From: Lytechinus pictus
Taxonomy: Eukaryota
Length of the DNA stretch: 64,000 nt
NCBI RefSeq assembly: GCF_037042905.1
Contig: NC_087250.1
Coordinates: forward strand, 6,450,001 to 6,514,000
Reading direction: 5' to 3'
Shown here: positions 1-10,476 of the stretch, one piece after another
How the letters are laid out: each line of letters starts with the position of its first letter
Numbering within the stretch: position 1 is the first letter of the stretch
Position numbers and translations under genes: made by a program
Notes under the pieces: model-generated
Seen by the model: only the letters and a program-made list of their open reading frames with translations
Database searches by the model: none
What the model was told of the DNA's origin: nothing

Positions 1-3000
1 ACTTGGTAGCGACCTTCCCATTTGGGTGCTAATTTGGGGCTGACTCTCTTCTTCCTGGCGTTGTTGCGGAGCCATACGAACTGTCCAGCTTCATAGAGTT
101 TCCCATCTGATTTCCGATCATAGTTCCTCTTCTGGCGTCTCAGTTCAACACCCTTACGTTCCTGGGCCCTTTGGTACGTCTCGTCCATTCTTTCCCTCAG
201 CTGCTGAGCATAATCAGTCCACTCACTTCCATCCTGTTTGGAGAATTGCAAATCGATAGGCAGTGAAACCTCTCGGCCAAACATCATCATGTTTGGAGCC
301 TCCTTGATTGTGTCGTGCGTGGAGCTTCTGTATGCAGCTGCGGCATAGGGTATGTACCTGTCCGAGTCCCGCTGGTGCTTCTCTGGATCCAGTAGAATAG
401 CAAGAATGTTGATCAGTGTCCGGTTGAACCTTTCAACCATCCCATCACTATTTGGGTTGTACGGTGTCATCCTTGTCTTTCTGACACCCAGTAATAACAC
501 ACTTCTTGGAAGATGTTGGACTCGAAGTTCCTGCCCTGGTCACTATGCATCTCATTAGGAACTCCATAGCGGCAGATGAATTCGTCCACAAGCTTCCGTG
601 CCACTGTTTCAGCTCTTTCATCTGGTATTGCATATGCCTCGACATGCTTGGTATAATAGTCAGCTACCACAATAATGTATTTGTTTCCATCATCAGTAAC
701 TGGCAATGGTCCCATAATGTCCAGGGCAATCCTCTCCATCGGATATCCACTCTGCCTCTGCTGTAGCGGAGCTCTTTTCCCTGGTCCTGCCTTCTGTCGG
801 CGAGCGCAGTCTGGACATTGCCTAATGAAGGATCTGACATCTTCCTTCATTCCTACCCAGTAGAAACGTTCCTGTACTTTGTGTAGAGTCTTCGTCAAAC
901 CAAGATGTCCTGCCATGGAAGAGGAGTGAAGGTCCTGTAGCACCTCCGGTATCAGAGCTTTAGGAAGTACATAACGCCACCTGACATCTCGTCCTCTCTT
1001 GATTCCCACCTCCTATAGAGAACACCATCTTTGACCTGTAGCTGGTCCCAGTGATCCAGAAGAACCTTGACCTTAAAAGGATATGCCGTCGTCTCTTCCC
1101 GGGATGGCTTCCTCCCTTCCACCAGTGCATTCCTGACCGGATTTATGTTAGGATCTTCCTGTTGGGCCTCTTGGATGTCAGCTAGGTTGTCATTCCTCAA
1201 CGTGATGACGTTGATATTCCCAGTGTCTCCTCCATAGATGCAGCCTTCTTCTCGCTTACACTGCCTGCATGGTCTTCGAGATAGAGCGTCAGCGTTGCTG
1301 TGAATCCTTCCAGCTCTGTGTATAATCTCAATGTCGTAGCTTGATATGACTTCCAGCCATCGTGCCAACTGACCTTCAGGTTGCCGGAAATTCACCAGCC
1401 ATCTCAGAGCTCCATGATCAGTCCTCACCTGGACGTGGCGACCATACAAATACTGCTTGTAGTGTTTGAGGTACACTACTACAGCAAGTAGTTCCTTACG
1501 GGTTACACAGTAGTTCATTTCTGGTTTGCTTAGGACTCGGCTTCCATAGACAATGACCCGTTCCTAGCCATTCTGTATCTGGGAGAGTACACCGCCGATA
1601 CCATCATTGCTGGCGTCTGTGTCCAGAATGAACCTTCCCTCCACAGTAGGGTACACCAGTATTGGAGCCGTGACTAGTCTGTGCTTCAGTTCCTCGAAGG
1701 CTTCTTGGCACTCCTGGTTCCACTCGAACTTCCGTCCCTTCTCTGTCAGTTGGTGCAGAGGTCTAGCAATTCTGGCAAAGCCTTCAACGAAGCGACGGTA
1801 ATAAGATGCAAGGCCTAAGAATCCACGGACCTCCCTCACTGACTCGGGTCTGGGCCATGTCCTGATTGTTTCTGTTTTGTCCTTCTCTGTCGATATGCCT
1901 TCTGCAGAGACGACGTGCCCGAGGTATGAAACAGAAGTCTTGAACAAGTTGCACTTCTTTGGCTTCAGTTTCAGCCCTGTCTGTCTTAGGCGTTCGAACA
2001 CCTGCTGCAGCCTCGCCATCTCCTCATCAATGGATTCCCCGAACACGATCACGTCATCCAAGTAGACCAATAGCGTCTCTCAGTGCAGTCCTCTCAGTAC
2101 CTGGTCCACATAGACCTGGCTACGGAGGATTATCTATTGTTACTGGGGGTGCTGTGACAATGCTCAGCACCCCCAGTAACAATAGACTAGTCCTCCGTGG
2201 ACAGGTCCCTGCTGGTCCATGAGTCTTTCAAACGTTGCTGGGGCGTTGCACATGCCGAAAGGCATGACCTTCCAGGCATACAGTCCCCCATCTGCTAGGA
2301 AAGCTGATTTCCTCTTAGCATCTGAGTCAAGCTCTACCTGCCAGTACCCACTAGCAAGGTCCAACGTTGAAAACCATTTGGCTCCCGAGAGTGCATCAAG
2401 GGTCTCGTCGATACGAGGGAGAGGATATGCATCATTAATGGTAACACTATTCAGTTGCCTGTAATCAACACAGAAGCGTTGGGAGCCGTCTTTCTTCCTG
2501 ACTAAGACGATGTTGGCTGCCCATGGACTGTCTGAAGGCTCGATGAGTTCCCTGTCCAGAAGGTCATTGACATGCTTCCTGATTTCATCTCTCTGTCCAA
2601 ACGGATGTTTCCGTGGCCTCTGTTTGATTGGCCTGGTCTGTCCGGTGTCAACTGTATGCTTCACCAGGTTGGTTTTCCCCAGATCATAGTCTCCTTTGGA
2701 AAAGACATCCTGGTATGTAGTCAGTAGCTTAGCAATAGGTGTATGGTACTGCTCTGGCACCTCTTGTATACTCCGCTTGTACAAATCAGTCAAGTACTCT
2801 GGTAGATCAATCTCCTCACTGGAAAGTTGAGATGATTGGATATCTGGTTCTGATACTGCCGATAAATATCCTAGCTCTGTCCCCTTCTTTATCACACGTT
2901 GTGATCCTGTAGGGTTGTACACTCTAACTGGGACTGCTCCATTACTAGTTCTGACGAGGGTTCTGGCCAAGATGATGCCTTTCTGTGTAAGTTGACGTCT

Positions 3001-3694
3001 ATCATTTGATGCTTCAACAATGCCTGTAACGTCATCTGAAACCCCGTCCAGTACTTTTCCTGTAATGATGCCTTCTCGGCCAGCCGGTATAGTGTACATC
3101 TCAGTAGCTATGATGCGGAAGCAAGTTCTAGTGTTGTCTTCATGGCGACACTGAACTGAACCCCACTTGGTTTCCATTGTAGCAGTATCCAAGTTAAGCC
3201 TTGCTCCTAACTGTAGAAGATTATCCATGCCCAAGACTCCATCGCTACAGATATCAGCGACAATCAGGGTGATTCTTGCCTTCCCCTGGCCTATTATCAC
3301 TTCTGTGTGGATCTTTCCGTCCACCTCCAGTTGTGACCCATCTGCAAGCATAACCTTCTCTGTAGTAGTTTGAATCGCATGTTTCTCTTGTAGTTTTGCA
3401 TAGCCTGACTTGGAGATGTATGTATCTGTTGCTCCTGTGTCTATCAGAAAACTCAGCTGTGTCCCACTGATAGTGACTGGCACATACATGCCCTTCAGAA
3501 TTCCTTTGTCGATTTCTCCAGTTGTAACTAGTTGTAACTATTGGCTGTGTGGCATTTGGTATTGAGGGGCTGGTGCTTCCAGGTTCCACGGCCGCGCCAT
3601 GCCCCCCTGGGGCGACCTTACTTCGTTTGTTGAGCCCTGCTGTTGTTGCTCGGCTTGATGAATCTGAGCCTCGTCTCTCATCCTCTTCTTGCAC
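1..3694 (-). pseudogene. pol: Gypsy pol (PR-RT-RNaseH-IN), disrupted
   Basis: ORFs 2164-3489, 1564-2070, 952-1518 and 467-1009; lesions: 10-bp duplication at 3521-3540, MITE at 2109-2211, TGA at 2080-2082, TAG at 1564-1566, frameshifts near 1010 and 490. Confidence 0.95.
2109..2211. mobile_element. 103-bp palindromic MITE, hAT-like, 8-bp TSD
   Basis: TSD CTGGTCCA at 2101-2108 and 2212-2219; ends CATAGACCTGG / CAGGTCCCTG; perfect 22-bp inner stem TCTATTGTTACTGGGGGTGCTG; removal restores RT ...ERLMDQVLRGL... Confidence 0.9.
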
Positions 3695-5084
3695 TTCCTC
3701 TTCATGTGGCCTTTCTTTCCGCAGTAGTAGCAGCTACCATCAAACTTATCTGAATTTCTCTGCTGCTTTTGCTGCTTGTCACTGGGTACCACAGTATGAG
3801 GTTGTGGCTGTAATGCGGTCCTGATGGCCTCCAATTCTTCCTTCAAGGTAGCTACCATGGCTTTTACTTCAGAGATTGGTTCAGGAGTTGGTTTATCTTC
3901 CTCATCCTCCTTTGTCATTGCCCTGCTGTATTTGGGTTTCCTGCTACTTCTCTGATCCTCGGAATGATGGAAGGCCTCCGCTACCACTGCAGCATGTACC
4001 ATCTCGTCCAATGTCTTACATTGGTTGTTGAACACTGCCTCTCTGAGCTTGGGTTCTACAAGGGCATCCATGAAGTGTCCCTTCGCCAATCTGTCCCGGA
4101 CATCATAATCCAGTTCTGGGTAGGCCAATGCAGTGAGCTCCCTGACGCTTTGTGCAAGCTCCTTGAGTGTCTCGCCCTCCTGTCTCTGTCTTTGCTTCAG
4201 CTCCAGTAGATGATTCTCTGCCTGTTTATTATCCGAGAACCGGTTGGCCAGCATTCTCTTCAGGTCACTAAAGCCTACTATCTGCCTTTGTTCCCGTAGC
4301 AGCCTTAGTGCCTGACCTCGTATGATGCCAGGATCCTCCCTGCTTCTTCATCATCCCAACCATTCACTGCTCGGCATGAGTCGAAATGCTGGCTGTAATC
4401 AATCCATGATGAACATCCATCATATTTGTCTGGCTTGATAAAGTGGGTACCTCTAGGCTTCTGTTTGGTATCCTGTGATGACCTTGGTTTTGACGTCTGC
4501 CCATGTTCGAGTGTATCTTCCAATGCTTGCTGGATTATGGCCTGGAGCCTACTGTCATCAATTGGTGGGTCTCGCACAGCAGTTGGTTGCACCGCTGGTG
4601 ATGCCGTTTCCTTGGCAGCATTTCGTACTGATGAATCAATAGGAATGCCTATCCTATCCCGCCACGTAGCATTGGATGGAACTTCCTCCTCCTCAGTTGA
4701 TGATGCTGTTTTCGTAGACCTATCTGTGCTTCCCTGAGTGCTCAGTTTTCTTCGTCTCCGTCTGGTAGGCCTACTCTGCTCATTAGAGATTGATAGAAGC
4801 AGCTTCTCCATATGTGATTGCATAGCTTGTGCCTGTTGCATCATCGCGACCTGGGCATTGGCTTGCTGTTTCATCATCTCGTTTTGAGCCTTGGATTGAT
4901 GTGTCATCATTTCTTCCTGAGCCTTAGATTGATGTTTCATCATCTGTGTGATCTCCATCAGAGCCTCGGTCTTCTGCCTCCTCCTCCTCCTACTGGTAGG
5001 TAACTTTCCAGAATGTGTAGAAACTGATTCATCCCCTGACGTAGAATTGCTGCCATCTGTTCCAGACATCCTCACATTCTTCAT
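3538..5084 (-). pseudogene. gag: Gypsy gag, frameshifted near 4321
   Basis: ORFs 4305-5084 and 3538-4254 join through RGQALRLL; KPDKYDG...W..Y..HF motif; zinc knuckle CYYCGKKGHMKRKC. Confidence 0.9.
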
Positions 5085-5100
5085 CCCTCTCCTGACACCA
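5083..5100 (-). promoter_or_regulatory. Primer-binding site complementary to the tRNA-Leu 3' end
   Basis: Minus strand TGGTGTCAGGAGAGGGAT, one mismatch to the tRNA-Leu-type PBS TGGTGTCAGGAGTGGGAT; the gag ATG overlaps its last two bases. Confidence 0.85.
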
Positions 5101-5102
5101 TT

Positions 5103-5765
5103 TGTGTGGCGGCCCTCCGTCTTAGAACGGGTCCTGGATGCTGGGGGCCGGCTTGTCCCTTGCCTCTATCACCGTCATATGTTGATGAATTATTAGCCAT
5201 CCTTAATACGAGCGCTTTCCGTATATATGGCCTTATGTAGAGACCCGGGCGTGTTCCGTTTTCCCAAAATATATGGGGTGGAGTGTTGAGAGGTAGTCTG
5301 AACAGGTGAAATATAGAATAACAGGGGGTTTCTATTGGAGCTGTATACTTTGTATGGGTAGGCTTATATTGTAGTAGTCAATTGGATTCCATAGATCACA
5401 CAGGTTGGAGACGATGATTACATTTGGTGTATGACAACGGTCATAATTTAATTATACATCATTGTTCAGCATTTGTACAGGTTATCACCATTAACACCGT
5501 CACCAATTATCCAGAATTGCATTTGCAGTAGTAGAAATTAAGCGAGCAATGTTCATTTCCAAACCTTTCCTTGATTCAGCCCAGTTGGAGAGGAGCGCAG
5601 GGAGTTCTTCGTCCGACTCCGACCTCCACCAGCGTCGAAGTGACGAGATCACTGCGAAACTCCGCAATTTATAGTCTCCGAGAGCTGCCTTACGCAGTGC
5701 GTTGCGTAAGTTGATAATTGAGTTCTAACGCACCAAAAGCTATAGCGCCATCTACGTTTACTGCA
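5103..5765 (-). repeat. 5' LTR of the Gypsy element (663 bp, TG...CA)
   Basis: Minus strand begins TGCAGTAAACGTAGATGGCGC where the LINE frame breaks and ends ...GCCACACA 2 nt before the PBS; no partner LTR in the window. Confidence 0.8.
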
Positions 5766-8001
5766 TTATTACCAAAACCTGTAGCATAATAGTATGGTTT
5801 ACTGTGTCGAAGGTGGAGGATAGATCGAGTAAGAGTAAAGCAGTCACACGCCCTCTGTCCATCTCATGGAGGATATGATTTGAGGTGCTCACAAGAAGGG
5901 TTTCCACACTGTGGTGTGGTCTGTAGGCAGATTGAAATGGGTCGAACAGATTATTGTCGTGAAAGTATTCAGCAAGACGAGAGAAAGCAACCCTTTCAAG
6001 GACTTTAAAGAGGAAGGGTAAGATAGAAACCGGTCGGTAATTTTGGAGAGAATCGGGATCAAGAGAGGGTTTCTTTAGCAGTGGTGTAACATGAGCGCAT
6101 TTCAGAGAGGACGGGACATGCGACTGCTCTAAACTTAAGTTAACAAGGTAAGAAAGAATAGGAGCGAACGTGGATGAACAATCCTTTAGTAACTTAGCAG
6201 GTATAGGATCCAATTGACATGACTTGGGAGGAGATTTTCGAAATAAAGACAGAATCTCAGCAGGAGAGGTAGGGCGTAAGATGTCCAAAGTAGAAGAGGT
6301 GGAAGACTGTAGAGGTGTGAGGTCAGGAGTTAGACTGTTGCAAATCCTTTGAACTTTAGTTTTAAAGAAATGTGAGAATTTACAGGCAAGTTCGTGGCTA
6401 TCTGTATTATTAGGTAGAGGTGAGGACTGACGACGATTGAGGAGTCTGTTAGCCAAAGAGTCATATTTGCACTCCTCAACAAGACCTACGAGGTAAGATC
6501 GCTTCGACCTCTTGACGAGAGAGTTGACAAGGTCGCGGTGAACTCGGAAATTATCCCTGTCAATCAGTAGTCCACTTCTCCGCCACTTCGTCTCCAGTTT
6601 TCGTCGAATACGCTTCTGTAAAGTGATGTCAGAGCTGTACCACGGACAGTCCACATGGCTCTTTACCTTTCTAGGCGTTGGTGGAGCGTGGATGTTGAGA
6701 AGCTTCTCAAGCTCACTGTTGTAGCGAAGAACAGCGGTATCGTCGTTGTCTGTAGAAGAAAGGATAATGCTGCTATCAGCCACACTCTGGGCAAAAGTTG
6801 CTCTATCTATGTCTCGGATGTTGCGGGAGATAAATCTTGATCGAGTCCGACTGGGCTTGCTGAAACCAATCCTCCAAACAATTGCAGAGTGATCTGAGAT
6901 GCCCGGAACAACATTCGGTTTAGAACACAGAGATCGGTCATCTGAATCCCGCACTATTACAACATCAAGTAGGTGACCTTTATCGTGGGTTGGAGAACTG
7001 ACAAGCTGAGACATGGTGTGGCTACTGAGAAGAGTGTCAAACCTCTGCGTGTAAGATGAAGAAGCGTTGTCGAGATGTATGTTCAAATCGCCAATAATAA
7101 TCAATAGTGTAGTTCTATACATGCTGCCATCAAGAAAGTCTGAAAATTCTTCCAAAAATCTGGAAAAGCTCTGACCGCATGGTGGCCTGTAGATTACCGC
7201 GACGTCGATGCAACCGGAGTCGCTGGAGATGGTGCCACACATGCATTCAAAACTGTCGTACCTATATGTAGGTTTAATGGCAACTTGTAGATTATCCTTG
7301 TAGAGGAAGGCCACTCCGCCACCGCGCCCGGAGGCTCTAGGACAATGTTCGAATCTGTAAGAACTTGGTCGAAGATCAGCTATTACTGCATCGGCATCGG
7401 GTGAGAGCCATGTCTCACATATACAGCCTAAATCTAGGTTATGATCTAACACAAAATCTTGGAAAGTTGTAGACTTATTGCGTAGGGAGCGAGAATTGAG
7501 AGAACCAAACTTTAAATGCTCCTTTAAACGATCACTTCCACCCCTACTCCCACGATGTGTCCTCCGCCTTCGACATGATCTACTGATTCCGAGAGACACC
7601 AAGCGATCCCAAACACCAGTGTTCTCATTACGCCATTTTAAAAAGAAACGTCTATCATTGACATGAGCATTCATGGCATGAAGAGTATGATTACTATAAT
7701 TGTGAGATTGTAAAGAGGAATCACAGGAATCATTACTATTAGGGTGGGTTGATACTTGTAAAGAGGGTCCGGGATTCGGGTTGATGTCTCCCGAGATCAG
7801 TAGAAGAATATGAAAACTTGAAAGGGCATTAGCATATCGCTGAACTGGTCTACCTATATATTTGCACTTGCGTTCAAATTTGGGTTGTGCCAGTGGCAAT
7901 GCATTGCAACAATTAACATTCAATTCAGAACAAGAGAGAGTGATACAATAGCAACATGAGTATACAATAGACACAAAGGCTATGAGAGTGGAGACCTTCA
8001 T
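5766..8001 (-). pseudogene. L2 ORF: leader, 2A-like motif, AP endonuclease and truncated reverse transcriptase
   Basis: Uninterrupted frame from the ATG at 8001 until the LTR junction, where it reads into an LTR-derived stop. Confidence 0.88.
7765..7812 (-). other. 2A/StopGo-like peptide motif HILLLISGDINPNPGP
   Basis: Matches GD(V/I)ExNPGP except N at the E position; preceded by a Leu-rich tract. Confidence 0.75.
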
Positions 8002-8329
8002 TGTGAAGATTCGCACAGGCGTGAAGCCAGATCACTGACAGTGAAAGAGTAAGCTATCTATGTACTGTGTGTACAAAACCAGCAACATGGCCACTAAACA
8101 TAGGGCAATAGGCAAAGCCAAAAATCTTAACGACTAAAAACCAAAGGAACTAAGAGTAAGAATCTCACCAAAACGATCTAGTAGCTTCCTGAAGACATAC
8201 AAAAACCACATATAGTAATTAAGAATCAGTTAATGATATAGGAAAACAAATAAAATAGATAACAAGCAGAGCTATGTGGGAGGTCATCCACCAGGCGCGC
8301 GCACCCCACAAAAATAAAAAATAAAAAAT

Positions 8330-9830
8330 AAATAACATGGAAATATAGCGTAGTCTTTCCGTCAGACCCAGATCTTTCAAATAACAAATGAATAATAATA
8401 ATAATAACAAATTAGTAATAATAAAAAGCAAACAAAGACCCACGATCCTATTTATGTTGAAAAACATGGAAATATAGCGTATTCTTTCCTCCAGACCCAG
8501 ATATTTCAAATGAGAAATGATGAATAATAATAATAAATTAGTAATAATAAAAAAAAGCAAACAAAGACCCATAATCCTCTTTATGTTGAAAAACATGGAA
8601 ATATAGCGTAGTCTTTCCTCCAGACCCAGTTATAAAAGTCATTTAAAACACAACAACAGCAAAACAAAGACCCTGCCATCTTATCAACATTGAATAACAT
8701 GGAAATATGGTGTAGTCTTTCCTCAATTTAAAGACAACACTCTAAGCCCAAGCATTTTAAGTGGGTTTAATTTTGAAGATTGGTCTAAGCTGTGATTTTT
8801 TTTCCTATATTTGTTTATCTTTTAAATAACCGGGTCTAGACGAAAGACTAAGCATAATACTCGTGTTATTCCACAAGAAAAGGAATATGACAAAGTCTTT
8901 TGCTTTTAAGATTGTTTAAATCATTTTTAAATTACTGGGTCTGGAATAAAGACAACGCTCTAAACATTTGCTTTTCTACATGCATGGTCTTAATTTGGAG
9001 GATTGTTAGTTCTTAGATTCGTTGTTGGGGGTTGGGTTTTATTGATTTTTATTCTTAAAATAATTGTGTCTGGAGGAAAGTCGATCTTCGACAATCGGTC
9101 TTCATGTTATCCACAGTAATTAGATTATTGGGTATTCGTTTTAGAATATTTGTAAAAAAATTTTTCAAATAATAACCAAGTCTGAAGAAAGGATGTTTGC
9201 TTTACCCATGCGTTATTACAATGTTTTGTAGGGGTCGTATAATTTTTTTTTTAAATGGGTGTGGGGTAAAGACATATTTTTTTGCTGGGTGAAACTTTGA
9301 AAAGTTGGTCTTAGATTTGAAGTTTTTTAATTCATTTTTTGAATAGCCGGGTCTGGAGGAAAGAGTACGTTTTAAAACTCGTGTTATTCCACAAAAATAA
9401 GAATATGATAAGGTCTTATGTTAGAAGATTTTTTTTCGTAACCGTTTTAATGATTAGGTCTGGAATAAAGACAACACTCTAAACCTCTTTTTAAAACAGG
9501 TCCTTAGGTTGAAGGTTTGTTTGGTCTTAGACTTAGATTTTTTATTATTACTATTAGCGTTATTTTGAGAAAAAAACTGGGTCGGGCTGAGAGACTACGC
9601 TATACAACCATGTTATCCAGCATTAATAAGATTATGGGGTCTTTGTACTGTTTTTAAACGGTTATTCATAATGTTTAAATAACCGGGTCTGGAATAAAGA
9701 CTACGCTTGATTCTCAATTTACTCTTAGCGCATATATTCAAATTTATACGTCGTATAAGTTGAAACAACAACAAAGACATTAATTCCACCAGTTTTAATT
9801 AACTGGGTCTGGAGAAAAAACTAAGCTCGA
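8330..9830. repeat. Degenerate 105-130 bp repeats sharing a GGGTCTGGA core; orientation flips near 8730
   Basis: Units with TAGTCTTTCCTCCAGACCCAG near 8334, 8462, 8592 and 8696; reverse-complement GGGTCTGGA units from about 8832 to 9804. Confidence 0.7.
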
Positions 9831-9894
9831 TTCTCTTTTTTTTCCACTGGAATATCATTATTGTATCTTAGTTTGGACTTATTTTATAAAATTT

Positions 9895-10320
9895 TAAACA
9901 ACCGGGTCTGAAAAAAAGACTTTGGACTTATATCATAATTTTAAAAACAATCGGGTCTGGAAAAAAGACTTTGGACGTGCATTATAATTTTTTAAACAAC
10001 CGGATCTGGAAAAAAGACTTTGGACCTATAGTATAATTTTTCAAACAACCGGGTCTGAAAAAAAGACTTTGGACTTACATCATAATTTTTGAAACAACCG
10101 GGTCTGGAAAAAAGACTTTGGATTTATATTACAGTTTTTGAAACAACCGGGTCTGGAAAAAAGACTTCAGACTTATATTATAATTTTTTAAACAACCGGG
10201 TCTGGAAAAAAAACTTTGGACGTATAATATAATTTTTTTAACAACCGGGTCTGGAAAAAAGACTTTGGACTTGTACTATAATGTTTTATTAACCGGGTCT
10301 GGAAAAAAGACTTTGCACTT
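9895..10320. repeat. 49-bp minisatellite, about 9 copies
   Basis: ACCGGGTCTGGAAAAAAGACTTTGGAC core at 9901, 9950, 9999, 10048, 10097, 10146, 10195, 10244 and 10292. Confidence 0.93.
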
Positions 10321-10389
10321 TTGTGCTATATGAACGCAATTACTATAGGATTTTAGTTTAGAACGGATTCGCCAAAAATCCCTTCAAAT

Positions 10390-10476
10390 GTATTACATTT
10401 GTGGGTGAAATTATTACATTTGTGGGTAGAGTGTTATTACATTTGTGGGCGTTATTACATTTGTGGGTGCAACAGG
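10390..10476. repeat. Four copies of TATTACATTTGTGGG, probably subterminal repeats of a DNA-transposon end
   Basis: Four direct copies ending in ...GTGCAACAGG. Confidence 0.65.

Larger units (their letters stand above)
1..5765 (-). mobile_element. Ty3/Gypsy LTR retrotransposon, decayed; 3' end and 3' LTR lie outside the window
   Basis: 5' LTR, PBS, gag with CCHC knuckle, then protease (LIDTGA), RT (YLDD), RNase H (DTDAS) and integrase (H..H..C..C, DIMGP, HSDQG) in Gypsy order; several stops and frameshifts. Confidence 0.96.
5766..8308 (-). mobile_element. L2-clade non-LTR retrotransposon (5' UTR, APE, partial RT) interrupted by the Gypsy insertion
   Basis: APE motifs (LNSRSLRNK, ICETWL, RGGGVA, IYRPP, GDLNIH, SDH) and L2-type RT motifs (KSCQLDPIP, KKPSLD, NYRPVS, QSAYR, LLDLSSTFDTVNH); 5' boundary approximate. 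Confidence 0.92.

Noticed and set aside
2080..2082. TGA as Trp recoding or programmed read-through (also TAG at 1564)
   Set aside because: Both are simple transitions (TGG>TGA, probably CAG>TAG) in an element with several frameshifts
1..5100. Gmr1-type element, suggested by the Leu PBS overlapping the gag ATG
   Set aside because: Integrase lies downstream of RT-RNase H, the standard Gypsy order
9895..10320. CRISPR-like regularly spaced repeats
   Set aside because: The intervening segments are homologous to each other, there are no cas genes and the context is eukaryotic; it is a minisatellite
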